Counted from the whole stretch's first letter, positions 38,562-51,560 are shown. The stretch is DNA of 60,152 nucleotides, filler included, from Basidiobolus meristosporus CBS 931.73 (GCA_002104905.1; 4 parts of 4 records of this genome joined end to end with filler, not necessarily neighbours in it); one strand, 5' to 3'. Made by a program: numbers and translations. Notes: generated from the letters alone by a model not told the origin.

Positions 38562-41500
38562 AGTAAATAGCTCATGGTTTCCGATTAGAGGTTTCTTGAC
38601 GGTTTGGTAAACTGCGCTTAGGTAGTGGTACAACGCCGATGAATCTTGCCTATTATGTTAAAGCGCAACTGTTTGTATTCTAGTGTCCCATGAAGAACCA
38701 GTCTGCATTGTGCTATTTACATTAACCCCATTCCAGTTGGTAAACTCTGCCTCGTGACTGGGACCTGCATGATACCCTACGTAGCAGAGTTCAAATTGAC
38801 ACACTCTCTAGTAACAGTCATTTTCATGGAGGAATTGCGGCAAATCACGATTACACACTCTTTTGTGTTCGCGGGAACGTCAAGAGAAACACTTGGAGTG
38901 TAGGTATCGTAGCATATTAAGAAAGGCTCTAAGCAGTTTGTATGATATCGCAGAGTGGAATAACCATTCTGAGACAAAAGGAAGGTAATTTACTTCGAAA
39001 CCTGGACCTGCTCGATACTTTACGTTGAATCTTTATTGCGATTGGCATTAGCAATGCTCAGGCTATCACGCTTTTTGTTCATAATTGTGAAAACCTGGCG
39101 CAATAATGTAAGTTAGATATTTAACGTCTTAATGACAGGCAAAACTTGGATATACATGTACCCCCTCCAAGCACACGAGCTGCTGACTGAGTGATGACGA
39201 TTTGGGGCTATTTACCGCTCGGGCTGATAGAAGATTAATCGATAACTCGTGCTTGGTCAAGCTAGGTCGAGTTGGATAATGCATTGATTTTGCTGGAAGA
39301 ATGTCCTTTGATGTTGTACAACGAGGTATATGATGATTGAAGATAGGGAGCATCGAACCCTTGCAATCCCGAGAATCCGGACTGCTCACCCGAATCACTT
39401 TCCTCTGTTGACAACTGGCACACATGACTTGAGGCGGAAGTGTTCTGACAGGCCAATTTTTCAGCACTGTTCGTTTGTGCAAGCCACCCGCAAGTTACCG
39501 AATGGGATAGCCGAGATTACTTTCAAACAAGCAGCGGTGGAAGCTAGCAGGAGGAAAGAAAGCCGCATGACTGGCTGGTGGAGCCTCATGCAAAATTTCC
39601 AAATTTATATCGCCTTTTCGATGCCACGCAATTAGGCCTCGTTCATAGCACTAGCTTCATGCAAGGTAGAATAATAGGCATTGAAATACTATTTAGCCTA
39701 TCTTCCTTACGTATCACAATTTTGCTTCTTCGTACTTTATACGAACACTATACAGATAAATTTTGTTGGGGCTGTTTTAACATTGGGCAGGCCAGAACTC
39801 AACCATCGATGAGCAAATTCATACTGCAAGGATCAACAGTCGATCCAATCTGATATGGAGCATTGATTGCTTGATATTCTCTGGAAGGAATAATACCCTT
39901 AGTTTAACCAGAGGGGTTACTTATATAAGTATGCCGCTCCTTGTTGCACTTATTATTGTTACTACACTTAGCATCCGCACCAACTACTATAAAATAATTG
40001 GTGAAAGGGGCATTAGCCATTTCATGGGAGGAATGAAACATAATGGTATTCATTGCTTTGACTTTTATCCAGTGAAGCAGTTTCAAGCTTATGGGCCAAT
40101 CAATCCAATGCACCATGGTGTGTCGTCTCTTTTGTCTCATGAATGTTCTCACAATCCATATGAAGTCTTGCCACCAGTGAGGGAAGCTCTCAATGGGCGG
40201 TACAGAGTTTGGAAAGTCTGTTTGGTGCTATTCCACTATAGCGTAAAGCTAGTATTTGAAACAGTATTGGCGCTCTCAACCATGCTGAAGCTGTATTCTC
40301 GCATTGCTGCAGAGAATGGCTATAGGCGGATCAAAGACATCCATACCAACTCAGCGGTTGAAATTCATGGAATCATGTAGATTTGTGGACCACTATGGAC
40401 CCAGTATTGGGTGCCTAGAAGTCGAATCTCCTGGCTACCACTGGAAATAATGCCGAGAACCCTGCTCTCTGGGTATCTGGTCGATAAGTCCTAATTCCCC
40501 AAAAAAATGTTGCCGTTGGTGGTCTATTGGCCGAGCCTGGGGATGAAATTTGAAGTTTCACAAAGATTTCTGGAACAAGCCACCCAATTACGGGCACTGC
40601 ACTAACTGATACTCACCATGTCTATATCCCACTGGGTTGTAAGCCATTTGTTTTATTGTTGCTCACCTACACATCAATGAAATTAGGCCAACATGATGAA
40701 AAAGTATTATAGTGCATCATACCAAGGTTTTCATGCTTTGCGCAGTTCTGATAGAAAGAGTGGCATATTCTGATAATTTGCACTTTTTCCTGCAAGGTAC
40801 TGCAAACAAATATTGAGGCCTTGTGCTGGAATAGGGTTTGGGGATATCGTTACCAAAGAGTGCTACGTTTTTTTCAAGTCGAAACAAAGAAACAGTAGCT
40901 ATAACTGCAGTCTCCTAACCAAAAAGTCAAGAGAAGGAGCATTGGATGACTAGGTATTCCGCCCCAACTAAATATTAATTATTGTTATTGAACCAATACT
41001 AACTCTGAAGGTTTACCAAGCACTGTTTGCTTTCGCATATACTACTTTCAACCTTTACACATTGGGTGGCCTGGATTGCAATTGCACGAAAACTCAACCT
41101 TGGTGCCTGTGACATTAGCAGATCTTGCGTGGTAATCTGCGGGGCTTTGCCCTATGATCTTCAATCGTCGACAAACAAGTGTGGTTTTAATCACTTCTGA
41201 GTTGCCTCTGCCTACTATAGCCATCACCGTGAGTCATAGCACCACCTTCGCCGGCGTAATCCTTCGTGTTTTATCCGCGTTCAAGATCGGCTGCACTAAC
41301 CATGGACATGGCAGAAGCTGCGAGAAGAAGTCTGACTGAATAGATTTTTGTATTGAGCAGTTGATTTGCTGCATTCGGATTCAACTCGCCATTTATAGCC
41401 TTTCAATGTCTCAAATAGGCATGGTTTCCGTTGATCCCAGGAGCAACATTTAGGGATTGTGTGTGTTACAAAACTTCCGTGAGTCAGGAACTATAAATAC

Positions 41501-41767
41501 CATCCAAAGAATCATTTACATTATGCACGATCTCGTTGGATCTTCCTTTAGGGTGTAGGTGCTGTAGCAAAGGTTAGAAATTGACCGTAAATGAGTGCTG
41601 CAAATGCAAGATGGGGTACTAATGGATATTCTCACAGCCTCTAAGAGCCACGCTGACTCACCAGACTTCCCAAGAAGAAAAAAATTCTTGATTTTTACAA
41701 TGTTTGGGGCTAAAATGAACAATTCTTAGAGTTATGGTGATATGGAAGTCACTAAAGTAGACAAAAT

Positions 41768-41952
41768 TTAGAGGAGGGGAGGAAAGTCATCATGACAGTG
41801 AAATCTTAACTTTGCTAAGTAGTTACAAAAATTACCAAGGCTAAAAAATATAGAAGCCAGCTAAGAGTTTTAATTTCCTAAGTAAATAATTATACTTAAA
41901 CTTGGTTTCTTGGGTAATATTGCACTGAGCTAAATGAAGTACTTCTTGAGAG
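41768..41952 (-). mobile_element. Old, degenerate 3' end of the telomere-associated family B element
   Basis: TTAGAGGAGGGGAGGAAAGTCATCATGACAGTGAAATCTT resembles TTAGGGGGAGGAAAGTCACCAAGTGGTGAAATCTT at 47595. Confidence 0.55.
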
Positions 41953-42374
41953 TGTTGTAAAATTTGTAATTCCACATAAATATTCACCCAACTTAGTCAC
42001 TTAGATTATTACCATCAAATCCTAGAGAATACTTACCAAATCTCTTGTCTGGACTTACTTAAAATATTTACCCAGAACATGAAAATTAGATAAGTTGTCC
42101 AAACAGCCCCAAACTTTGCTCACATGCTCTTGGGACCTTTCTTAGCCTATTCTATGTGTTTGTTATGCCAAGACTGTGTAAAAGTATAGATACTACTTTT
42201 ACATTCTATAAATCATTAAGTGATTATCACGTAATCTACTTGTTCTCTCAATCACTTCCAATATCTCCAAGACTCTTACATCAGGTTATGAGCCCTAAGC
42301 TGTCACTCTCTGCTATATCTACTACTGCTATTACTGAAATTTTTTTCTCTGCTGAAAAGTTGGATGGATCTAAC
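41953..42374 (+). mobile_element. Ty1/copia 5' LTR (41953-42283), PBS and gag start; interrupted by a copy of the same family
   Basis: TGTTGTAAAATTTG start; PBS GGTTATGAGCCC at 42284; ...EKLDGSN then a new LTR. Confidence 0.82.
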
Positions 42375-43338
42375 TGTTGAAAAAATTTGTATTTCCACCT
42401 AAATATTCACCTAACTTAGTCACTTAGATCATCACCTTCAAGTCCTAGAGAATACTTACCAAAATTCCTTGTTGGGATTTACTCTGAATATTTTCACCAA
42501 AATACCAGGTACCCAGAACATGAAAATTCTCAAAATTGTCCAAACAGCCCCAAACTTTGCACACATGTTCTTGGGACCTTCCTTAACCTATTCTACATGT
42601 TTGTTATGCCAAGACTGGTAAAAGTATAAATACTACTTTTACATTCAGTAAATCATTAAGTGAAAACCACATAATCTACTTGTGCTCCAAATCACTTCCA
42701 ATATCTCCACGACTCTTACAACAGGTTATGAGCCCCAAGCTGTCACTCTCTGCAATATCCACTACTGCTATTACTGGAATTTTTCCCTCTGCTGAAAAGC
42801 TGGATGGATCTAACTACTATGTGTGGAAGGTGAAAATGAAGATGCTGCTACAAGAAAGAGGCCTTTGGGATATTGTCATGAGAGAAGAATGCCCTCCTAA
42901 AAACATGGGAGAGGAAGCCTTGAAGTACCAGAAGAAAGAATAAAGTGCCTTTAACTGCATTTGCCTTAATGTTAAAGACAAATTGCTAATTCAATGCTCA
43001 AGAGCAAAAATGGCAAAGAATGCCTGGAAGGCATTAGAAGACACCTACCAGTCATGTTCAGCTGCTAAGAAAATCTATCTGAGACAAAAATTCTTTACTA
43101 CAAAGATGCTGCCAGGAGAAGAAATGAAAAATCTAATTAACAGAATCACCCTGCTGGTAGATGAGATGGAATCTGTGGGCATACCAATTACTGATGAGGA
43201 TGTGATAGTTACCATCCTGAATAGCCTGACAGACAAGTTTAAGGGTCCTGTATCAGCCCTAGAGTGCAGAACTGAAAACTTGACCTTAAATTATGTATAT
43301 GGAAGGCTCCTGGATGAAGATTTAAGAAAATCAAGTGC
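42375..43338 (+). mobile_element. Ty1/copia 5' LTR (42375-42723), PBS and truncated gag
   Basis: Copia gag KLDGSNYYVWKVKMKMLLQERGLWDIV...ILNSL; cut after RKSSA. Confidence 0.88.
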
Positions 43339-46300
43339 TGTAGTGGGGTGACAGTGACACCCACTGACAGATGTGCTCATTCCCTTATTTTCTGCTTCCC
43401 TATATCTCTACTACATTTATTTTAGTTTTATCCCATTTGTCTTACCCAATCAGTACTATCCCATAAGTTGGGTGACTATCACACCTGCTTACCTTATTGC
43501 ATAAGTTACCCCTCACTTTATGTAATATTACTAGCTAAAAGTGCTTCTAAATTAGGCAAGTACCCACACCAGTACCCGTGACACATGATCCACCTGTGTT
43601 ACCATCCCTACCATTTCCATACCATATATGGTATCCCTATGTTACACAGGTTTCAGAATAGTTATTCCTGAGATTTTTATTGATATCTGGAACCCTCTGG
43701 AATACCATGATTAGTAGTCACTTATCCAGTGAGAAAAGTATATCAGGGAGGCTATCCCTCAACAATAAATCATCATCCCTTTTATCAATATACCAACTTG
43801 TTGATTAGTGTGAGCACTGCTACCTGCTGCTACCTGAACTTCTAACCCCATACCACAGGACACTCCCAGGAAACTGCGCTGACAGCCAACTGACCTTGGA
43901 GGCACTACTTGTGAGGAATACCCAGAGTAGGTATCTTTTATTATATTTGATTCTTTCCCAAGTTTGTTCTTGTACAGGCAAAGATACTTTTCTGTCTTTG
44001 TAACTATTGACCACAGCTGCATTCTTATCAAGTCCCTGCTGGTGGAGTTTACAGTTGTTTTGACTTTGGAAGCTTTAGTACACTGTCATCTCAAAGGACG
44101 CTGAACCCAGCACATACTTTTGTTAAGACGCCAACTAAGTTGGGGATTGTAGCTCAATAGTTTTCCCTTGACAAGCTTGTGGCTTTATTCCCCTTCACAT
44201 TAGATTAGAGACAGAACCCAAGTATTCCTAGCAAGCTTTTGCCAGAGGCTTTTGCACCCATTGAACACCCCACACACAAAACACTTGAGAAGTGTTGAAC
44301 GTATCTCTCCCTTGGACCTATACACCACCACATATTTGGCACCCAATGTGGGGGGGCTCATACAAGCTCCCTAGGACCCAACAAGACTTACCTGAAGATT
44401 TGAGCTGTTATCCACCTATTGAAAAGAGACCACCAATATTATCAAGATTACAACACCAACCTACCTGCCCAAAATGAACTCTATGCCATTACCATTCTCA
44501 CATGGAGCCCCAGAGTTTGATGGAAAGAATGTGGAAAGCTTCATATTCAAATGGGAGAAGCTCTGCAAGATGTGCAGCCTATCTGAACAAGAAAAGGCTG
44601 AAGAAATCCCCTACTACTGCACCAATGATATTACCACTAAGCTTCTCAGACAAGGAGACATTTTCACTGACTGGGCCTTAATGAAGACCTACCTACAGAC
44701 CAAGTACGGTAGACCCCAGATATACTATGGAATTGAAGACCTCAGACACTTTGGAAGAACTGGACTTTCCAAGCTACCACTTGAAGAGCTCATTCAACAA
44801 TATGAAGATATGGCCAAGCCACTCCTAGAGTCCCAGGCTATAACTGAGTTTACCATGACACTTTAACTTGAACAAGGGCTTCCCCAGGACTTGGCAAGGA
44901 AAGTTGACTTACATGCAGCCAAGGATGACAAGTCTGGCATTCCTTGCTTTGCAGAGATGTAACGTGTTCTCCTAGAGGCAAAGCAAACTTCTACCTTTAT
45001 GAGACTCCTGACATCTAATCTGCCAGACCAGTCAACTAAGGAGCCAAGGAGTGCTGCTGCTGACAATCAGACCTAAACTACCAACAGAATTGACCAACTT
45101 GCTAAACAGCTACAAAATCTAGCTCTCAAGATAAATGGCTCAGCTGAGGTTGCTACTGAGGGCCAAAGACCTTTGCCCAGGCCCTGCATCTGGTGTGACT
45201 CTACTCAGCAAGCCAGAAAGGAATGCTCAGAGCTTAGTCAGCTACTCAGAGAAGGAGTAGTACAGTTTGATGCTGATGGAATGCTTGCTGACAAGGAAGG
45301 AAGAAGGATTCCCACTAATTTCCAAAGAGGAGGGATGAGAGCCCTTTTCCAGAAATCTGACTCAGCAACCAGAAAGATTACTGTTGATGCCCCTATTGGG
45401 ACTCATAAAGTGACTCCAAGCAGCCCTGACAACAGACAATACAAAGTTGATGCCTTTGCTACCAAAAGACACCTCCCTGAAGAACCTGCTAAACCCATCC
45501 TTAGAAGACCACAATTTGAAGAACCTGAAGTTGTTATTGACAAGAGGCCTAGTATGCTGCCCACCCAAGATCCATTGCCTCACTCTCAGATGACCTCAAA
45601 GATAGCAAGATACTTAAGCCCTCAACTGATTACTGAGAAGCTGCTGAAGCAGAACCTCACTTTGTTGGTTGGAGAAATCATGAGTGTATCCCCATCTGTT
45701 AGGAAGACCTTTGATGAGCAGCTTAGAACAAGACAACAAGCTGTTGAACATATGGACACCCATATAACTCAGACAAACCATGAAGACCACCAAAAGGATG
45801 ACAACACTACTGAATATAAGACCGTTTACTCAGTTGCAACTGCTGTGGTGAAAGGGTATATATTTGATGACCCTGTTGACTGCCATATTGATAGTGGCTC
45901 AGAGATTTGTGTTATGCCGCTAGACTTCTGGAAGAAACTCAGAAGCAAGGAGCTACTGCCTGTTGATAGAGATATTGGATGGAACATGACTGATGCAAAC
46001 TCAGGATCTAGTCCACTCTATGGTGTAGTGCACAAGTTCCCTATTGAGGTACCAGGAATCAAGGTCTGGCTTCCCCTCTTCATCTGCCAGAAAGCAAACT
46101 TTGACCTTCTGCTAGGTAGACCATGGGAAACCAGTACTAAGACTACAACTGCCAACTATTCCAATGGGTCAGTATGGTACACCATACAAGGATCCAACCC
46201 AGGACTACAGTCAACCTTCTGTGGTGTAACACCCAACAATAAGAGGACACATACTTCTTGCCAGAAGACACATCTTGTTATGGAAGAAGATGAGGAGCCT

Positions 46301-46874
46301 GACAATATACACCCTAACATTTGGAGCTGCTCATTAGGTATACAGGAGCAGACTGCTATGGTTTGGACAAAATACAAGACAGTAGAACAGAAGATTAGAC
46401 CATCACTTACACCTTTGACTGATGGATCTTGACCTGCTGATTGCATTTGACCACCAGAAGAAACACCAGAAGATAAACAACTTACACCTGAGAGACTTAA
46501 GCAACTTATCATTGGTGATGGAAACTTTACACCAGAGGAGATACTATTATTTGAAGAAACCTTGAAAAGGCATGATAAGTTTTCTCATATAATGACAAGG
46601 AGATGGGACTCTTAAAGACATTGGTTGAAATACCTATCAGGATCCATACAGTACCCCACACACCCTGGTCATTTAAGCCTTACCCACTGCCCAGAGGACT
46701 CCAAGCTGATGTGCATGACCTACTTAAGAAGAAGATAGAAGCTGGTATCCTAGAACCTTGCCATGGACCTTATGCTAATAGATGGTTTGTGACAAAAAAG
46801 AAGAATGGAAAGCTCCAACTCATTCAAGACATGCAACCTGCAAATGCTGTCACTATCAGAGATACTGCTATACC
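43339..46874 (+). mobile_element. Second, distinct Ty3/gypsy family, decayed (probable LTR from 43339, gag, protease, RT start)
   Basis: Gag APEFDGKNVESF and CIWCDS knuckle; protease IDSGSEI and DLLLGRPW; RT start PHTPW...GPYANRWFVTKKKNGKLQLIQDMQPAN. Left boundary less certain. Confidence 0.8.
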
Positions 46875-47588
46875 TGTTGTAAGAGTCTTGGAGATATTGG
46901 AAGTGATTTGGAGACCAAGTAGATTATGTGGTTTTCACTTAATGATTTATTATATGTAAAAGTAGTATTTATACTTTTACCTGGTCTGGGCATTACACAC
47001 ACGTAGAATAGATTAAGGAAGGTCCCAAGAACATGTGTGCAAAGCTTGGGGCTGTTTGGACAACTCTGAGAATTTTCATGTTCTGGGTACCTGGTATTTT
47101 GATGAAAATATTCTAAGTAAATCCCAACAGGGAATTTGGTCAGTATTCTCTAGGATTTAAAGGTGATGATCTAAGTGACTAAGTTAGGTGAATATTTAGG
47201 TGGAAATACAAACTTTTACAACACTTCCACTCAGCTAAATGTTCATAATTACTAGTCCTAATTTTGACCTAAGATATTCAAACTTGTTTCTAGCTAATGG
47301 TTTGGTAAATATATCTGCAATCATTTCATCTGTAGGACAGTAAACTAAGCTAACTAAGTTATTCTCTATAGCTTCACGTATGAAATGATGTCTAATATCT
47401 ATGTGCTTGGTTCTAGCATGAAAAGTTGGATTTTTACCTAATTGTATACATCCTTGATTATCTTGAAATAAAGTAATAGGTGTTTTTTGACATAGGCCTA
47501 AATCTGTAAAGAGCTTTCTAAAACACATTGCTTCTTTTGTAGCTTCACAGGCTGCCATATACTCTGCCTCTGTAGTAGAAAGTGCTAC
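46875..47588 (-). mobile_element. Ty1/copia 3' end (RNase H, PPT, 3' LTR 46875-47223), broken off by telomeric repeats
   Basis: ALSTTEAEYMA...QDNQGCI...HARTKHIDIRHHFIRE...ADIFTKPL; PPT GAGTGGAAG; the sequence stops abruptly at TTAGGG (47589). Confidence 0.92.
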
Positions 47589-47803
47589 TTAGGGTTAGGG
47601 GGAGGAAAGTCACCAAGTGGTGAAATCTTTATTTACTTATGAAAAGTATCTAAAGAAGCCAAGTTAATCTGAAGTTATTCCTAGAAAGCTAGGTTTGAGA
47701 GATATCTTCCTGGTAAGCCAGGTCTGAGAGTTGAGAAGCTGAGTGGTACTATATTTCCTAGTTAGCTAGGTCTGAGAGAGGTTTCCTGGAAAGCCAGGCC
47801 TGA
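47589..47803 (-). mobile_element. Family B (SINE-like) 3' part attached to (TTAGGG)2 and capped by the terminal telomere
   Basis: Near-identical to 57771-57978. Confidence 0.85.
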
Positions 47804-47866
47804 GGGTTAGGGTTAGGGTTAGGGTTAGGGTTAGGGTTAGGGTTAGGGTTAGGGTTAGGGTTAGGG

Positions 47867-47907
<41 letters not shown>

Positions 47908-48052
47908 GGTTAGGGTTAGGGTTAGGGTTAGGGTTAGGGTTAGGGTTAGGGTTAGGGTTAGGGTTAGGGTTAGGGTTAGGGTTAGGGTTAGGGTTAGGGT
48001 TAGGGTTAGGGTTAGGGTTAGGGTTAGGGTTAGGGTTAGGGTTAGGGTTAGG
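47804..48052 (+). repeat. Telomeric (TTAGGG)n tract, about 41 units, one TTTAGGG variant, running into the gap
   Basis: Seen directly; G-rich strand points to the contig end. Confidence 0.97.
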
Positions 48053-48152
48053 NNNNNNNNNNNNNNNNNNNNNNNNNNNNNNNNNNNNNNNNNNNNTTAA
48101 TTAATTAANNNNNNNNNNNNNNNNNNNNNNNNNNNNNNNNNNNNNNNNNNNN
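48053..48152. other. Assembly spacer
   Basis: N run with TTAATTAATTAA. Confidence 0.97.
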
Positions 48153-48658
48153 TGTTCAAAGCTTACTAGCCTTTCAATTGTGCACTGCCGCCAAGTCAAC
48201 AACAAAACAATCCGGAAAATAATTAAATGCTGTGCTCCAAGACTCACATGCTTTACTTTGAGAAGGTGCTCCAGGATAGATCAGGCTATTCTCAGCAAAC
48301 TTGGAAGAGCATGTGTCAATTTAGTCAGACTCGAATTAACATTATCCTATTCCGTGCATCCAGCAGTCCTGCGAGCATTCTCAAGTATATCCACCTTAGC
48401 AACTCTCTGGTTGGAGTTGAGGATCCAACGGAGGTACTTTTTGAAGCAGAGGAATTGCTAGAGCCCTTGCTAGGCTTCCAAGACCTTACCACACTATGTC
48501 TTTCATTCCCAAATATAACAACCGACTTTATTACCCGGCTGATCACAAGTTTAAAGTCACTTCAAAATCTTGTAATCTTGAGTAATCAGTTTGTCACAAA
48601 AGCTTTCCAGAATGCCGTTTTTGACAAACATAGAGTTGCCATTTCCTTCTTTCAATAG
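48153..48658 (+). pseudogene. C-terminal fragment of an RNI-like/F-box-type leucine-rich repeat protein, one apparent frameshift near 48400
   Basis: LRR-like LTSLSIVHC, LTCFTLRRC, LVRLEL, LTTLCL, LQNLVI; the 5' part lies beyond the gap. Confidence 0.55.
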
Positions 48659-48663
48659 TCTGG

Positions 48664-48732
48664 CCCTGACCCTAGCCCTGACCCTAGCCCTGACCCTAGC
48701 CCTGACCCTAGCCCTGACCCTAGCCCTGACCC
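48664..48732 (-). repeat. Interstitial telomere-variant tandem repeat (CCCTGACCCTAG)x5.5
   Basis: Strict alternation of CCCTGA and CCCTAG, each one substitution from CCCTAA. Confidence 0.9.
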
Positions 48733-49291
48733 ACATGATCTCTGATAGACTACCATATACTCGATGGTTAATCATACCTAATTCACAATCGACCAGCCCC
48801 AACCCTCATTTCGTTCCCGCTCCAAACTGGTTTCTAGTGATTAAAGGATTGACGGTGAAACCCATTTACTTGAAATGTGCGATCTAACTGCCTATCTACT
48901 CTGTTACGTACATCTCTACTGCTTGCGGGAGGCTCTTCCTTACAACAAAAGCGTCCACCTGGGGTTGGCAAATTCTAGAATAGGCATTGATGGATTAGTT
49001 ACTCTTGAATGGCCACTACTCTTCAGCTGCCATTTAGGGTGCAGATGCTCAAGTAGTTGTGGTACAACTCTGAACAATATGACGTTCGGCCGGTTCAGGA
49101 TATGATGCAACATTAGTTCCCAGCGTTTGGGTATCTGCAGAAGTTGTTGCTGAATAGCGTAATCTGACCAATAAGGGGGCTTTCCATTGTTAATGAAATT
49201 ACCGAATCAATGCCATATTTTCTCCAGCATGTTTTAAACAATGAGGGCAATATAAAACGTCCCTTGCTTGTCCACACTTCACTACTACAGG

Positions 49292-50640
49292 ATGAGGCTG
49301 ACCACTTTCCTTACTGTTTCTTCGGCTGTGCTCTGTGTAGCTATCCATGCTGCCCAGTTGCCTGATACCATCCGTGGCGCTAATCTTGGCGGATGGCTGT
49401 TGCTTGAGCCATGTGAGTGGGGTCAATTTCCAGCAAGAAGATCCATTCTAACCTGATTGATCTTTCCTATAGGGATCACACCAAGTCTATTTGAGCAATT
49501 CAGAGGTAAAGATGATGCTGCAGTAGATGAATACACCTTCACCGAGAGCCTCGGGAAAAACAAAGCCTACAGTCAGCTCAGAAGGCACTGGGAGTCCTGG
49601 GTGACAGAGAAAGACATCAAAAAGCTTGCGAATTATGGCCTGAATACTGTTAGAATTCCTTACGGATATTGGATGGTGGACGTAGAAAAGCACGAGCCTT
49701 ATGTTCAAGGCCAGTATCCTTATTTACGGAGGGCAGTCAAGTGGGCAATTCAGCACAACCTGCATGTTCTGTTGGATTTGCATGGGGCTCCCGGATCACA
49801 GGTAATGGCAAGCATGTAAATCACCACTCGGATATTGCTAACATCTTGTGCGCTTAGAATGGCTTCGACAATAGTGGACGTGCTGGGCCGGTTAATTGGC
49901 CTAAGGAGGCCAACAACATCCAACGTACCATCGACGTACTCAGTAATGTCACAAAGGAGTTCCGGGCAGAAATAGGAGATGGGGATGTTTCAATCCAATT
50001 TCTGAACGAGCCATTTGCCATTCCGAATACCGGGGTGACTCTGGATCTACTCAAAGACTTTTATGGCCGTTCGTATACTGCCATTCACAACGCTTCCAAG
50101 CTAAGCTACAAACCGGCAACATTTGGCCATGACGGGTTCTCCTTCTTCAACGAGATTGGGAGTTTCTTGAGCTCCATGAAAAACACAGTGCTGGATACCC
50201 ATATCTACCAGGTTTTTGATGTCAACCTACTTAAATACTCTCGTCAACAACATCTGGAGATGACATGCAATGATAAAGCCAGAATCGGAGGAAGCCCGTT
50301 GCGCACTATCGTGGGCGAATGGAGTCTGGCTACCACAGACTGCACTCTGTGGCTAAATGGGTTCCAGAAAGGCGCAAGATATGATGGAACCTTTATTACT
50401 ACCGAGCCAGTGTGTCCTAGCTGCACATGCAAAGATGAAGGGAATGTTGCCAAGTTCGGTAAAAGCTACCGTGCATTCCTGCGCGAGTTTGCTGAGAAAC
50501 AGATGGACGCATACGAAGCAGGGTATGGCTGGATTTTCTGGAACTTCAAAGCTGAAAACTCTCCTCAATGGAATTATATCCAAGGAGTAGAAGAGGGGTG
50601 GATTCCTAACCCACCTACCGACAGACTTTCCTCTTGCTGA
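49292..50640 (+). CDS. EXG1: Secreted GH5 (subfamily 9-like) exo-1,3-beta-glucanase; exons 49292-49412, 49473-49801, 49858-50640
   Basis: Signal peptide; [46 protein letters not shown] (acid/base), [13 protein letters not shown] (nucleophile), GWIFWNFK. Both introns preserve frame. Confidence 0.95.
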
Positions 50641-51149
50641 CCCACTTACCGACAGACTTTCCTCTTGCTGAACTGACTATTTTTGTTAAATAAATCCACC
50701 GCTATGTTGTTGTGGGTGTTCAGCCGCTTTTAAACGTGCTAACCAAAATATCGATCCCTTAGTGACTAGCTTATTGTCATCTACAATGGTTGCGAATTTC
50801 GGCATATCATTCTTACTATATTCCAAGGTTCCATTGATCTGGTGGTGCTATCAAAATGCGTACCTATAGGGCGGACAACATAGAATCAAGACCAATATTT
50901 TGGTCAAATGCTATACTTGGAAGAACGTGGTTAGTACTAAGTAAGTTTTTTTACAGGATTTATTGAATTGCTGGGATCAAGTAAAGGATTTGGAGTTCAT
51001 CTTTATAACTTGATATTATGCAAACAGCTTCCTCTTTAAATGTCACTTGGGCTTTACTTCCACAGTGCCCTACTATCAATATGTCCCAAGCTCTTACAGT
51101 ATATTACATGTATAGTTTAAATGAATAAATACTATTAGCTCCGGCGTGT

Positions 51150-51560
51150 TGACCAAAGCATATGCGCACACCTGCTGCAATTGACATATTACAAGTACCT
51201 GAACTTGGAAGTTTTCAGTGTGAAGCTTGCAGAGTGAACATATGCCTCGGATTTTTGACATCCCCCATCTTCATTGCAGGGATCTCAACATTAATATACT
51301 GGAAAGTTCTTTGTATAAATAACAGACATTAATATGTAGCATGGAAGGTTTGAGCTTATGTTGGTCATATCTAAGTATGCATTCATAAAGCTCATGCCAA
51401 AATTGTTGCAAATCCTCAGCCCTCTGCGTGTTATATCCTTTCCCCGTCGTTATACACATACATGAGCTTTAATATCAGACAACATGCAAGCATCAAGGAC
51501 TTTTCTAGTGATCCTCTCCAAATCGAAAATAACATATAAACAGCATTGAAGCCATCAGTT
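51150..51560 (-). mobile_element. Diverged CACTA transposase remnant
   Basis: GCGCACACCTGCTGCAATTGACATA matches 3422-3446; the translated fragment resembles the ERLYY...HSLLHL region. Confidence 0.55.

Noticed and set aside
41240-41340. P450-like WQKLREEV
   Set aside because: Flanked by stops, with no ExxR, PERF or heme motif found.
48557-48887. ORFs encoding RVRARV and LALTLA repeats
   Set aside because: Translations of the telomere-variant repeat; the same applies to ORFs 57438 and 57524.
47804-49292. Telomere lying directly beside the LRR and glucanase genes (interstitial telomere or fusion)
   Set aside because: Separated by an artificial spacer; adjacency is unsupported.
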